Shown one piece after another: positions 41,701-53,700 of a stretch of DNA of 64,000 nucleotides. A program made the translations under genes and the position numbers. Origin of the DNA: Chiloscyllium plagiosum. Taxonomy: Eukaryota. Where the stretch lies: assembly GCF_004010195.1 (NCBI RefSeq), contig NC_057720.1, positions 30,376,927 to 30,440,926 on the forward strand, read 5' to 3'. The number at the start of each line of letters is the position of its first letter. Positions within the stretch are counted from its first letter, which is position 1. The notes beneath the pieces were generated by a model, which saw only the letters and a list, made by a program, of their open reading frames with translations, was not told the DNA's origin and did not search any database.

Positions 41701-44700
41701 CTTCGGCGGGTCGGTGTGGACTTGTTGGGCCGAAGGACTTGTTTCCACACTGTAAGTAATCTAATCTAATCTAATCTAATCTAATCTAATCTAATCTAAT
41801 CAGACTGAAAAACATGAATCCTAATCTCAGATTTCTGTGACCTTATGTAACAAACTTCTTAATGAGTGTATTTTGAAAACCTAAATATACACCCACTGGC
41901 TCCCAACAACCTGCAGGTGACACTGTTCAACTTGAATAGATTGGTCAAACACTATTCCTATTTATAAAATCAAAACAGAACACCATGATTACTAGGAAAG
42001 CAACCTGTTACCACCAAGTCATTGCACATATGGCTATTTCATAACATCATCATGGATAGAGGATGGGATAACTAATCAGTTAGGATAAAAGGGACATTTT
42101 TAGGATGGCACCTGAAACTAACGGAGTGCCAAAATGATCAGTGTGGAGGACACCATTATTTACAGTGTACATTGTTGACAGATGATGAAAGTGAATATAC
42201 TATTACCAGATTTGAGAATCACACAAAAATGGAGGAGAAAGACAAGTAGTGAGAATGACAGAGTCTACAGAAGAATATAGACAGGAGTTAAGTGGGAAAA
42301 ATTTGGCCCGTGGAACATAATGTCGGAAAATGTTAGATTATACACTTTGGCAGGAAGAATGAAAGAGCTGAATATTATTTAAATGCAGAAAGGCAGCAGA
42401 AAACTGCAACACCAGAGGTATTTGGGAGTCCTTATGCATGAATCTCAAAAAAACTTGCATCCATGTTCAGCAGATAATCAGGACGGAAAATGGATTGTTG
42501 GCCTTTATTTCAAAGGGAATGGGTATAAAAATATGTAGGTCTTGTTAAAACTATACAAGGCACAAGAAAGACCATACCTTGAAAACCGTGAACGGTTTTG
42601 GTCCCCTTATCGAAAGAAATAAGTAACTGTATTAGATGTAATCCAGAGAAGGTTCGCTTAGTTGATTCCAGTTATGGAGGGATTTTGTTATGAACAGCTT
42701 TTAAGTAAATCGGGATTATATTCATTGGAATTTAGAATAATGAGATGATACATAATAGAACCATAACAGAAGATTCTCAGGGGGCTTGACAGGATAGATG
42801 CAGAGAAGTTGTTTCTCTTTGTGGATGAGGACCTAATCTCAGGGTAAGGGGTAGAGTGACCCATTTAAAATAGAAATGAGGCTGACTTTTTTTTCCTGTC
42901 AGAGGTTAGTGCATCTGTGGAATTCTTTACCGCAGAGGGCTGTCAAGACTGAGTTGTTAAGTATATTCGAGGAAGAGACAGACACTTTTGTTTTAATGGT
43001 CAGGGAATCAAAGGTTACAGGGATAAAGCAGGAATGTGAAATTGAGGAGGCTCAAATCAGCCATGATCTCAGTGAAGGGCAGAGAAGAAATGATGGAACA
43101 AATGGCCTACTTCTGTTCCTATATTTTATAGCTTTATCTTACAACTGGCATCAGACTGACTAGTTCCTTCCTTTCTCTCTCCCTCAACTGTTAAACAGCA
43201 GGATTATATTTACTTCCTTCCAATCCACAGAAGCCATTCCAGGATCTAGGGATCTCTGGAAGATCAAAACTAATCCATCCATTATCTTTGCAGTCACCTT
43301 TTTAAAAACCCCGTAGAACATGGGCCATTATACCAAGGGGATTTTTCAGCCAAATCTTTTGGGATCAGAAGAAGCAGGAGATTACAGAACAATAAGGTTT
43401 ATAGGGATTCAGCTCACAATTTGCTAAGATTATTAAAATACAATCACTTATGGGGTAGGTCAATATCAAGTCTGCATTTTACACAAAGTAAATCTCCAAA
43501 TTAGTTAAAAACCATAATTCAGCTTCACAAATCAGTTGTCATTCCATTTTAGGATCTACAAAATTTTACTCAACTTTAAAAAAAATTTAAAATGTTAAAA
43601 AACAGGTAAGGGTGTTGATGACTGAATCATAGTAGCACTCCTAATACGAACTTTAGAATCAATTTAGCAAATCTTCTCTGGATTGCCTCCAATACTGTTA
43701 TGTATTTCCTTAGATAACTGTTCACATTATTCAGGGTATGGTCTTACTAGTGCCTTGCATACTTTTAACAAGGCCTAAAGTAGTTAATTTTGTTTTTGTA
43801 GCATTTTCAACACCATTTTTTTGTGAAAACTAACACTTTTGTATTTATTTCTTCTCAAAATCCTCAAATGATACTTGCAAATATCTGCTAATGCCATTCT
43901 AAACTGCTGTCTAGAGAGATAACCTTAAATTTTTCTGTTAGTCCATTAGGAAACACACGACTTGTACCCTACATTTCTCTCTAGCAATTTAGTTCCAATG
44001 AGAAATGTTGGGCTGAAGAAAAGTTAAAGCCATTTCAAACCGACCTTATCTTACATTATGGTGGTTTAGTACTCAACTTTTTTGTTTAGATTAGATTACT
44101 TAGTGTGGAAACAGGCCCTTCGGCCCAACAAGTCCACACCGCCCCGCCGAAGCGCAACCCACCCAGACCCCTAAATTTATCCCTTACCTAACACTACAGG
44201 CAATTTAGCATGGCCAATTCACCTGACCTGCACATCTTTGGACTATGGGAGGAAACCGGAGCACCCGGAGGAAAACCCACGCAGACATGGGGAGACTCCA
44301 CACAGTCAGTCGCCTGAGGCGGGAATTGAACCCGGGTCTCTGGCGCTGCGAGGCAGCAGTGCTAACCACTGTGCCACCGTGCGTTAACTTTTTTAATAGT
44401 TAACGCTTACTAATTCACATTTTTTCTCGAGCAAAATAGACAAGATAGTGAGCCAATCACATGCTTACTCATAAGCAAACTGCCCAGAAAATATGGTCAA
44501 GTGACAAAACACAAGGGTACATGCAGCTAGAACTTGCTAAGCATGCAAACTTAAAATGGCCACAAAGTATAAATTTTCTCAATTGTAAAAGTTTAAGAAC
44601 TTTAAACCTCAGGCAAGAGTGTTGCTGACAGAATCATAATAACACTACTACTATGAACGTTAAAACCCAATTCAGTAAATCGGCTTAACTGAAACAGGGT

Positions 44701-47700
44701 TGTTTAGATTTTTATATTTTGTTTTATTGTCACAAGGTCAAGCTACCTGTTGCTCAGTGTCCACCTCCAAAATGTCCATCAAGTTTATCATGATATTTTT
44801 GTGTGTCTTCTTATATTTGCCAACCCGAAGCGATACAGTCAGCCAACCTGGCCGGCCAGTACACATGTATGTTTTACTTCCTTCATTTTTCCATTCGCGT
44901 ACCTATTTAAAGAGACAGAACTATGTCAGCAAATTGCAGTCTTCATTTCAACAAGGAACAAGTCAAATTTAATTCATATGGTAGAAATAGAGCTCATCAA
45001 ATTATTACTTGAAATTATACTTTTAGAATAAGCTCAGCATTCTACAATTGTTGAAAATCTACATTATGTCCATCACTTATCATTAAACTCAAACACAATC
45101 ATTATGGCTGAATTAGTTGCACTGAAACTCTTTTAAGAACTCAGATGATTATCCTGAGATCAAAATTGCCAAATCATTACTGAACATCATGATCAGTTAT
45201 AATTAACTGGTTCGCAAATAAGAAATTGATGGAGGTCAAAATGATTTTAAATATACCTAGCAAATATTTTGGACCAATTTATTTTCTGATCATATACAGC
45301 CAAAAATAAAACACTTGAAATTAGATTCAATATGTCCAATTTATCCAAAAGATTCTGTTTAATACAGAAATGATTCATGGAAAGGCAAAAGCAAGATTTG
45401 TATTCCACTCAGCCATTTTAACAATTTACCTGAAAACAAGGTAGTTAGTCAGCTTACACGATCACATTCAGAACATTTATTATTTTCTAAAAACATCTAG
45501 GAGGTTCTGATATAGATGAATATAAAAGGTAAAAACTAGTGTTCGTCACAAATACTGATAGCTACGGCTGACAGTGGTAAGTCATTATAGTTTCTGAATA
45601 TCACTGCAAGGGATTCTCGGAAAATTGTCCTTGGTGCAACTATCTTTAGTTGCCATACCAATGAACTTTGTTCCATCAGAAAGATCACGAGTGAGCTGGT
45701 CACTGCCAATTTCACAGTCCTCCATTTCATTTACAACCCATCCAATCCTAAGACAGTCAAAGGCAGCCCATAACAGGACCTGGACGCTACCAATATAAAG
45801 GTGGTATTACACTATCATAATGTCAGCTCTTTAAGCCAAACATGAAAAGGTACTTGTATAAAAGGGTCCTCTGAGCCAGTCCCATACAATAGCACAAGGC
45901 TGGTGGCAAATGGCATTCCAACAATATTTCTACACCATCCATCATTACAAAGGAAGTTTTTGATACCTTTACAGAGGAGCAAAGTAAAATCTAATACATT
46001 TTCACTTCTCTGTCCCAAGCCAGGTCCTTCCACTATAGGAAGGGCCCAAATCCATCTCAGTTGGAAAAACGATAAAGCTTTATGCTGTTAGTACCAAACT
46101 CATCCACACCACCCATCCACTGAAATGAGATGGAAATGTGTTGCTGGAAAAGCGCAGTAGGTCCAGCAACACATTTCCAGCAACACATTTCCATCTCTGA
46201 TCTCCAGCATCTGCAGACCTCACTTTATCCACTGAAATGAGCCAACCAACCAATCTCCTCCAAGGAGTCCAAAATGCTGTGATAACAAGCACTTTTGCAT
46301 GCATGTTATAGTCAGAAACTATAATAATAATGGTAGAGGGTTCAATGTTCTTTCCATCACAAGGATGATTAAGAGTGTTCAGGCTGTTCAGAAAAGGTTC
46401 ATTATGATGATCCCCTATAGAAGGGATTATCTTATGAACAAAGGTTAAGCAGGTTGGGACCCTAATTGGAATTTAGAAGAATGAGAAGTATTCTCATTGA
46501 AACCTTTAGGATTCTTAAGGGAAAATAAAACCAAAGAACTGCGGACACTGGAAATCAGAAATACCAACAGAAGTTGGAAAAATTCAGCAGGTCTGGCAGC
46601 ATCTATGGAGATAGCAGAGTTAACATTTTGGGTCAAGTCTCTCTTCTTCAGAACAAATCCTTAGGGAGTTTGACAGGGTAAATGCCAAGTCGATACTCCC
46701 CCTCATGGGACAGTCTAGGACAGGAGGGCATATAGTCTTCGAGTAAAGGGCTGCTAATTTAAGACAGAGATGAGGAGAATTTCTTCTGTCAGTGTCCAGT
46801 GTCTTTGGAACTCCTTGCCACAAATAGCTGTGGAGGTAGAGACCTAGTGTACATTTAAGATAATTTATATTTAAGATAGTGAGTTAGATTCTAGATGAGT
46901 ACGACATTGAGCAGTTATGGGGAAAGGACAAGAAAGTGAACATGAGGAATGTTGGATAGGCTATTATCTTATATAAGGCAGAGCAGCTTTGAGGGATCAA
47001 GTGGACTACTCCTGTTCCTATTTCTTATGATCCAGGAATATCTCACTCAAATGGCAGGTGGCAAGAGCAGGAATGTTGGAAGAACTTGGAGACTGGTAAT
47101 CTAGCTATCTAGTTCTGTTAGGGATGCACTTCCTTTGCCAACAAGATGCTTAGAATGGGACTTGAACATAGTGCTTCCAACTCAGAGCCAGGGACATTAT
47201 CCACTGTGCCACAAGACCTTTGGAGCTTAAAAAACACAGGGATGTAAACTATTTTAACTGTGACTCAGGTAAATATACAAAAAACATCTTTAGGGGGAGA
47301 AAGACAAACTCATGTATAAAAGAGGCAACCGAATGCCAATTGCTGCTGTACTTCAAAGCCTCTCAAACTTTAACAGTTGAAAAGTCCTTCCTCACCTTAC
47401 ATTTTATACTTTCATATTCAGATGTCAATAGAGGGCTCAACTTTTCTGATTACCCTATTCTTTATTATTGTGCCATGGGTTAACATTGTTAATTACAATA
47501 CGTTAATATTTATTTCTCCCAGATATGTATAGTACATTTACCCTATTAAATGATTTTCAGATTACAGAGGTTCATGGATTAAAGTTGATATGTAACAGCT
47601 TTGTTCACTGGCACTGTAGCTCATAAAAGCTTAAGATTAGACCATTAGATCTGGTTGTCTGTTTGATCGCTGAACTGGTGGGTTTGTTCTCAGACATTTT

Positions 47701-50700
47701 CTCACGACACTACATAACATCAGTAAGCCTCTGGTGAAGGGTCGGTGTTCTGTCCCACTTGTTTTTTTATGTGTCTTGGTTTGTTGTGGTGGGTGATATC
47801 ATTTCCGGCTCTGTTTCTGAGAGGTTGGTAAATGGGGTCGAAATCTGTAAGTTTATTAATGGAGTTCCGGTTTGAATGCCAAGCTTCTAAGAATTCCAGT
47901 GCACCATGTGTCTTTGTTTGGCCTGTCCCACAAGTCTATCAAAATTGCATTGATCCTTTTCAGTTATCATGTTAAGCTCAGTTTTGAACTGTTTCACAAA
48001 CAACAATCTAATAGGATTCAGACTCCCTCCAAACAGTGAGCTCAAGAAGTGACAGGACTTCTAGTTAAATACCTCCTTTCACTTTAGCCAATCAGTTCTC
48101 TTCAAAGAATGGGAAAGTAGCACAAGGTAAATTAAATTTTTGCTTCAAGAAAGAAAATTTAAATTCTGGATTCTTTATTTTATCAATGAAAACATTGGCT
48201 GACTGTCTTAACTCCAGGTATTCTCATCACAAGGCTTTTACAGCAGCTTTTCCATCTTTAAATTCCACATAGCAGTATTCAGGAAAATGTGCCCAATTAC
48301 TGTAAACAGGCTGCAATGTGGCTGAAACTTTCAAACATCTCTTTCAATTACAACTATGAAATCAGGGTATCTGTCCAGAAGGTAGTTTAGGCATCAAACT
48401 AAATGAGGATAATCTTATTTGGAAAATGATATAATTTTTTCCATTAACTTCCCAATACATTTGCCTGAAGTATTTCCAAAATCAATATTTCACAATCTAA
48501 GTAATACAATGATAAATAACTGCTATTAAAACCAGAAATTTTATTTGGGCCCAGAGTGGGTCCTAGCTTGCAATCACTGCCAACTATCTGTATCCAATGG
48601 GTACACTTACAACAAATGAATTTTTAGAAAGTTGGTGTAACCTACATTTGAGGATTAGTGGTGCTGGAAGGGCACAGCAGTTCAGGCAGCATCCAAGGAG
48701 CAGTGAAATCGACGTTTCGGGCAAAAGCCCTTCCAACCTACATTTGAGTCTATAACCAGCATACTTCATGTTGATGTATACGATGACTGCAAAAACTCAA
48801 AATATAAAGTTGTAGCTCTGTGATTATGAGTGCACATCCTCTCAACTTTGATGCATCTTATCTCAGTATCATAATACAGTCAGCAGATATCTATGGCCCT
48901 ATTCCTGAAATTTCAATAAGATTAATCTTGTAATCTTGAACTGTAACCTCACAGGTGAAGGCAAGGCAATAGTAGTAGTAAATAGTAGCCCATTGGCAAA
49001 CTTCTCAAATAGTAGGTTTGACTACTAATTCAAAGGTAAATTTGAGTGCAGGACGAATGCCATGTCAGCTCTTTTCTCTCCTTACAGATGCTGCCAGACC
49101 TGCTGAGATTTTCCAGCATTTCTCTTTTGGTTTCAGATTCCAGCATCCGCACTAATTTGCTTTTATTTCATACTAACAAGTCAGCTTGCAGTTGCTTATA
49201 TTTGCTGAGCAAAAGCCTCAGGGATTTAAAATATTACATTATAGCCCTAATCTATACCTAAAATATTATAAAAACCTGTATGTATGCAAATCAAACACCC
49301 TCTACATTGTCCTCATGATTAAATGATAATATTTGTGTGCCTCAATCAAACATTTATGGGGAAGAGCTCAATTAGTTAAAAGCATGAACAGTAAATGAAG
49401 GATAATATTTTACTGAAATAAGGGCCATTAGCCTATTATTATTAACTTGACCAAATATTATGCTTATTGCATGAGCTGCAGTAAAAGGAAAAAAGGTATT
49501 GCAGATGAATTATCAACTTTCTGATTTCCTCAAGGACAAATCCTGTTCAAAACATGTTGTTTCAAAGGACAAACAAATTAAGTGAGAATAGCCAAGCCAG
49601 GGCTGAATATGTGGCATAGATGGAAACAAGTCTATATATGGTTACTTAGCAAAACGAAGAACCTTGAAACAAAAACAATTTTGCTGGAACTCAGCAGGTT
49701 TGGCAGTATCTGTGGAGTGAAAGTTGAGTTAATGTTTTTGAGTCCAGTGACCCTTCTTCAGAACTGATAATAGCTAGGAAAAAGCGGTATATGTGCTGAA
49801 GACAGGAGGTGGGAGGGGAAGAGAAGAGTGGTGAATGAGTGAGCAGATAGGGGGACATGGAGCACAGAGACAGAGAAAGAGAATGACAATTAGGCAGACA
49901 AAGGGATGGATGACAGTATGCCAAGGAGAAAGAAATGCTGATAATGGGTACCATATGTATGTGAAAATGGGTTGACTGTACTGAAATCAGACCATATCAT
50001 AACAGAGCCTAAAAGGGCATACAAATGGTTATCATATATAATAGCTATCTTGCTCAACAAAACGAGAGAAGAAAAGAACTACAAAGACAAACAAAACACA
50101 AGCAACATTTTTTTAAAAAGTTGAAGAATTAGCCCTACACAATTTCCTACATATTTGGATACGGTTATGTTTTAGCTTGAAAGATTGTTGATTTAGTCCA
50201 TTTGTTCTTGAGAGATTAGTTAACTTTCATCTTTCTGGCCCAATATTGAGACAATTAAACCTAATACATTGGATCTAGAAGCAGACAGTAGCAGCTCTTT
50301 GTTGGGATTGGCAGGCTGGGTGGGATGGGGAGGGCATGTCCCGTGGGGTAACTTTGCTTCAATTATTAACTTTAAGTAAATAATTTTGTGGGAAAATTGT
50401 TTTTTGCTGCTAAAAGAGCAAGCTTAGAGTTCTTTTTCAGTTTTCGAACATTATGGCAATCTGCTCCCTAAATCCCACTGGCCTTATTCATGCATATCAG
50501 CAATAAAGGCAGCTGTATGTCTCCTGAGTTTTCATGGTTAATATACTTCAGGTTCTAAGGGGATAACTGAAGTGCAGCAGCTACTCAGCTTCACTGGCAA
50601 AGGCTGAAGTGAGGAGTTTAGGAATTGCAAACTTTGACTAGCAACTTTGTACAGCAATGGAGCAGTTTTATACAATGATTTATGCAGTTTGGAAATGCTT

Positions 50701-53700
50701 GTCAATTGTTTAAAAAAGTCATTTTCACAAAGATTCACACCCTTTTTCATTCTCAACCCACTCAAATATTTACAGAAGCCTTCCCATCTCTATCAACAGT
50801 TGACATCTCTGGCAGATACAGCTGTACCAATGGGTATATCTCTGTCACCGTTGCAGAGTAAAGGTGGAGCAAAGAAAAATCAGATACCATCTTAGGTGAA
50901 GGATGTAATCCAGCAAAGTACTATTTTCCCCCTCCTCCTAAAGAGAATATGCAGACAGCATTGGTCACAACAGAAGCACTTTACATTAAAAAAAAATGCA
51001 CTTTACCAAAGGACAACAGAGTAACTCTGCAACCTACTATTTTAAAGATTTACAGTCACGGTCATCTAACCAGACTTGTTTCTGACAATGAAAGGAATCA
51101 TCACACCTAAAGGACCATATGAGTTGGCTACTGTGGTCATTGTAACATCAGCCACAAAGCAGGACAGACATACAATTGTCAGGTCACTCAAATCATTGCA
51201 GAGGCTGGTGTCCTGTCAACAAGTCACCCTTTATTTACTTGTGCATAGTATACTGGCTGTAGCCAGCCAACAGACAGTCAGTCCCCTACACTGTGGGGAT
51301 TCTAAATCCCCGGTTTATATATTTTGTCTCTTTTTTTCAACCTGTCGTGTGTGTGTATATATGTGTCAGTCACAGTGAAGAACAAGTGTGTAAATCTTTA
51401 TTTATATTCCATCACCAGGAAGAATCCCCTCTTTATTCTATTTTAGAACTTATTTTCTTTTTAAAATTTTTTTCAGAACCTCTGACACTCCTGTTTATTT
51501 TTTTTTCTTATTACCCCCACACTTCTGCCTAACTGCAGTAGTGCTTATTTTTTTCCCCAGCACCCATGTTGTGTGTGTGTGCAGGTGTGAGGCACAGTGT
51601 AAGGCACAAGGTGCATGAATCTTTATTCAAATTTCCACCATCAGGAAGAAAGGAAACACCCAGTGGCCAGTGACAAGCAGTACCCTTCACATCAAAGGGC
51701 AATGCTGTGTGGTCAAACAGTGAAGGGGAGGGCAGGGATCAAATCAAACTAGAATTGGAGGGGGAAATAATGCACTCCACGCCCTGCGGCACCCACCTCT
51801 CCCTGAACAACTCCAGGGTGTCAGTGGACATCACGTGCTCCTTCTCCAGAGATACCTGTGCTCTAACGTAACCACGGAAGAGGGGCAGGCAGTCGGCCCT
51901 AACAACCCCCTCCACAATCCCCTGATTATTTTTTTTTTCAATATTGAGCAGTTTATTCACATTTAGCACAGGACAATGAGTTGCATCTACAGAGAGTCTC
52001 TACAGGTCTCCCATTTTATACATCTCACAAGCAGCTCACTCCCTGCAGTCAGATCAGTCACTCTCCCCCAGGGTCAAACAGATACTCTCCCAGGCCATTC
52101 TCAGGGGCTCCCAGTCTCTTCAGGTTGGTGATGTGATCTCCCAGCTTCTTGATCATCTTCACTTGCTCATCCAAGTAGTGAGACTCCACGAAGTCACACA
52201 GATGAGGGTCCGTGTGGTCAGAGGAGAGTTTGTGCAGATCAAGCAGACTCTGGTTCACATCTTTCTCCATCTGCAGAGCTCTCTGCATTGCCGCCAGACC
52301 ATTGCCCCACTCATCCTGCTCTGGCTTCTTGACATCCTGCAGGAGGACTCTTCCTCCACGTTTATTCTGGAATTCCATCAGTTTCTCAGCGTGTTAATCC
52401 CCTGTTTATAATAGTCAGTCAAGGCTTCCTGATTGGCCCAGGTTAACAACCCTGATCAAGGATCCTGCAGTCATCTAGATTCTCCTAGTTCCAATCACTA
52501 AAAGCACCAACGCTCTTTACATGACAGCTGACCAAATCATAAGTAATGGTATCAAAACAAGCAGTCACAGATTGGGCCATACAGTTGTACAGATGGGTTG
52601 CAGACTTGAGTGGTGCTGGAAAAGCACAACAGGTCAGGTAACATCCAAGGAGCAAGAAAATTGACGTTTTGGGTGAAAGCCCTTCATCAAATGAAAAACC
52701 CTTCCTGATGAAGAGCTTTTTCCCGAAACATCGATTTTTTTCCAGCACCACTCTAATCTTGACTCTAATCTCCATCTGCAGTACAAATTTCGTCTGGGTT
52801 GCAGACGTCCCCAGGATTCACAAAGAACAAAGAAAATTTACAGCCCAAGAACAGGCCCTTCGGCTCTCCAAGCCTGAGCCGATCCAAATGTACTCTCTAA
52901 ACCTGTCGGTCAATTCCTAAGCATCTATGTCCCTCTGCTCCCCACCTATTCAGTCATCAGTCCAGACATCTTAAATGAATCTACCATGCCTGCCTCTACC
53001 ACCTCTGATAGCCATGCGTTTCAGACGCCCACCACCCTCTGAGTGAAGTACTTGCCGCATGTATTCCCCTTAAACTTTCCACCTCTCTCCTTGAAAGCGT
53101 GACCTCTCGTTATTGAATCCTTCACCTTGGGGAAAAAACTTGTCTCTATCCACCCTGTCTATACCCTTCATGACTTTGTAAACCTCAATCAGGTCCCTCC
53201 CTCAATCTCCTTTTTACTAATGAAAATAAACCAAACCTACTCAACTTCTCTTCATAGGTTAGATCTCATCGAATACAGGGGGAACTAGCCATTTGGATAT
53301 AGAACTGGCTCAAAGATAGAAGACAGAGGGTGGTGGTGGAGGGTTGTTTTTCAGACTGGAGGCCTGGTAAGGTCCTAGGGAGTGTTGCTGAACAAAGAGA
53401 CCTTGGAGTGCAGGTTCATAGCTCCTTGAAAGTGGAGTCGCAGGTAGATAGGACAGTGAAGAAGGCGTTTCATATGCTTTCCTTTATTGGTCAGAGTATT
53501 GAGTACAGGAGTTGGGAGGTCATGTTGCGGTTGTACAGGACATTGGTTAGGCCACTGTTGGAATATTGCATGCAATTCTGGTCTCCTTCCTATTGGAAAG
53601 ATGTTGTGAAACTTGAAAGGGTTCAGAAAAGATTCACAAGGATGTTGCCAGGGTTGGAGGATTTGAGCTATAGGGAGAGGCTGAACAGACTGGGGCTGTT

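Larger units (their letters stand above)
51190..52480 (-). mobile_element. Solo LTR-like element split by three insertions
   Basis: 51190-51304 and 52410-52480 match the 3' and 5' parts of the element at 17311-17512 (gtaaataaagggtgacttg.tgacagga; ccaatcagg..g.cct.g.ctgac). Confidence 0.6.

Noticed and set aside
52058..52378. 106-aa ferritin ORF as a functional gene
   Set aside because: It lacks the N-terminal part and promoter, has an altered C-terminus, and has an A-tail and TSD typical of a retrocopy.
51305..52409. Repeat-spacer pattern reminiscent of CRISPR
   Set aside because: Eukaryotic DNA. The spacers are 100-480 bp A-tailed retro-inserts and the repeats are target duplications.
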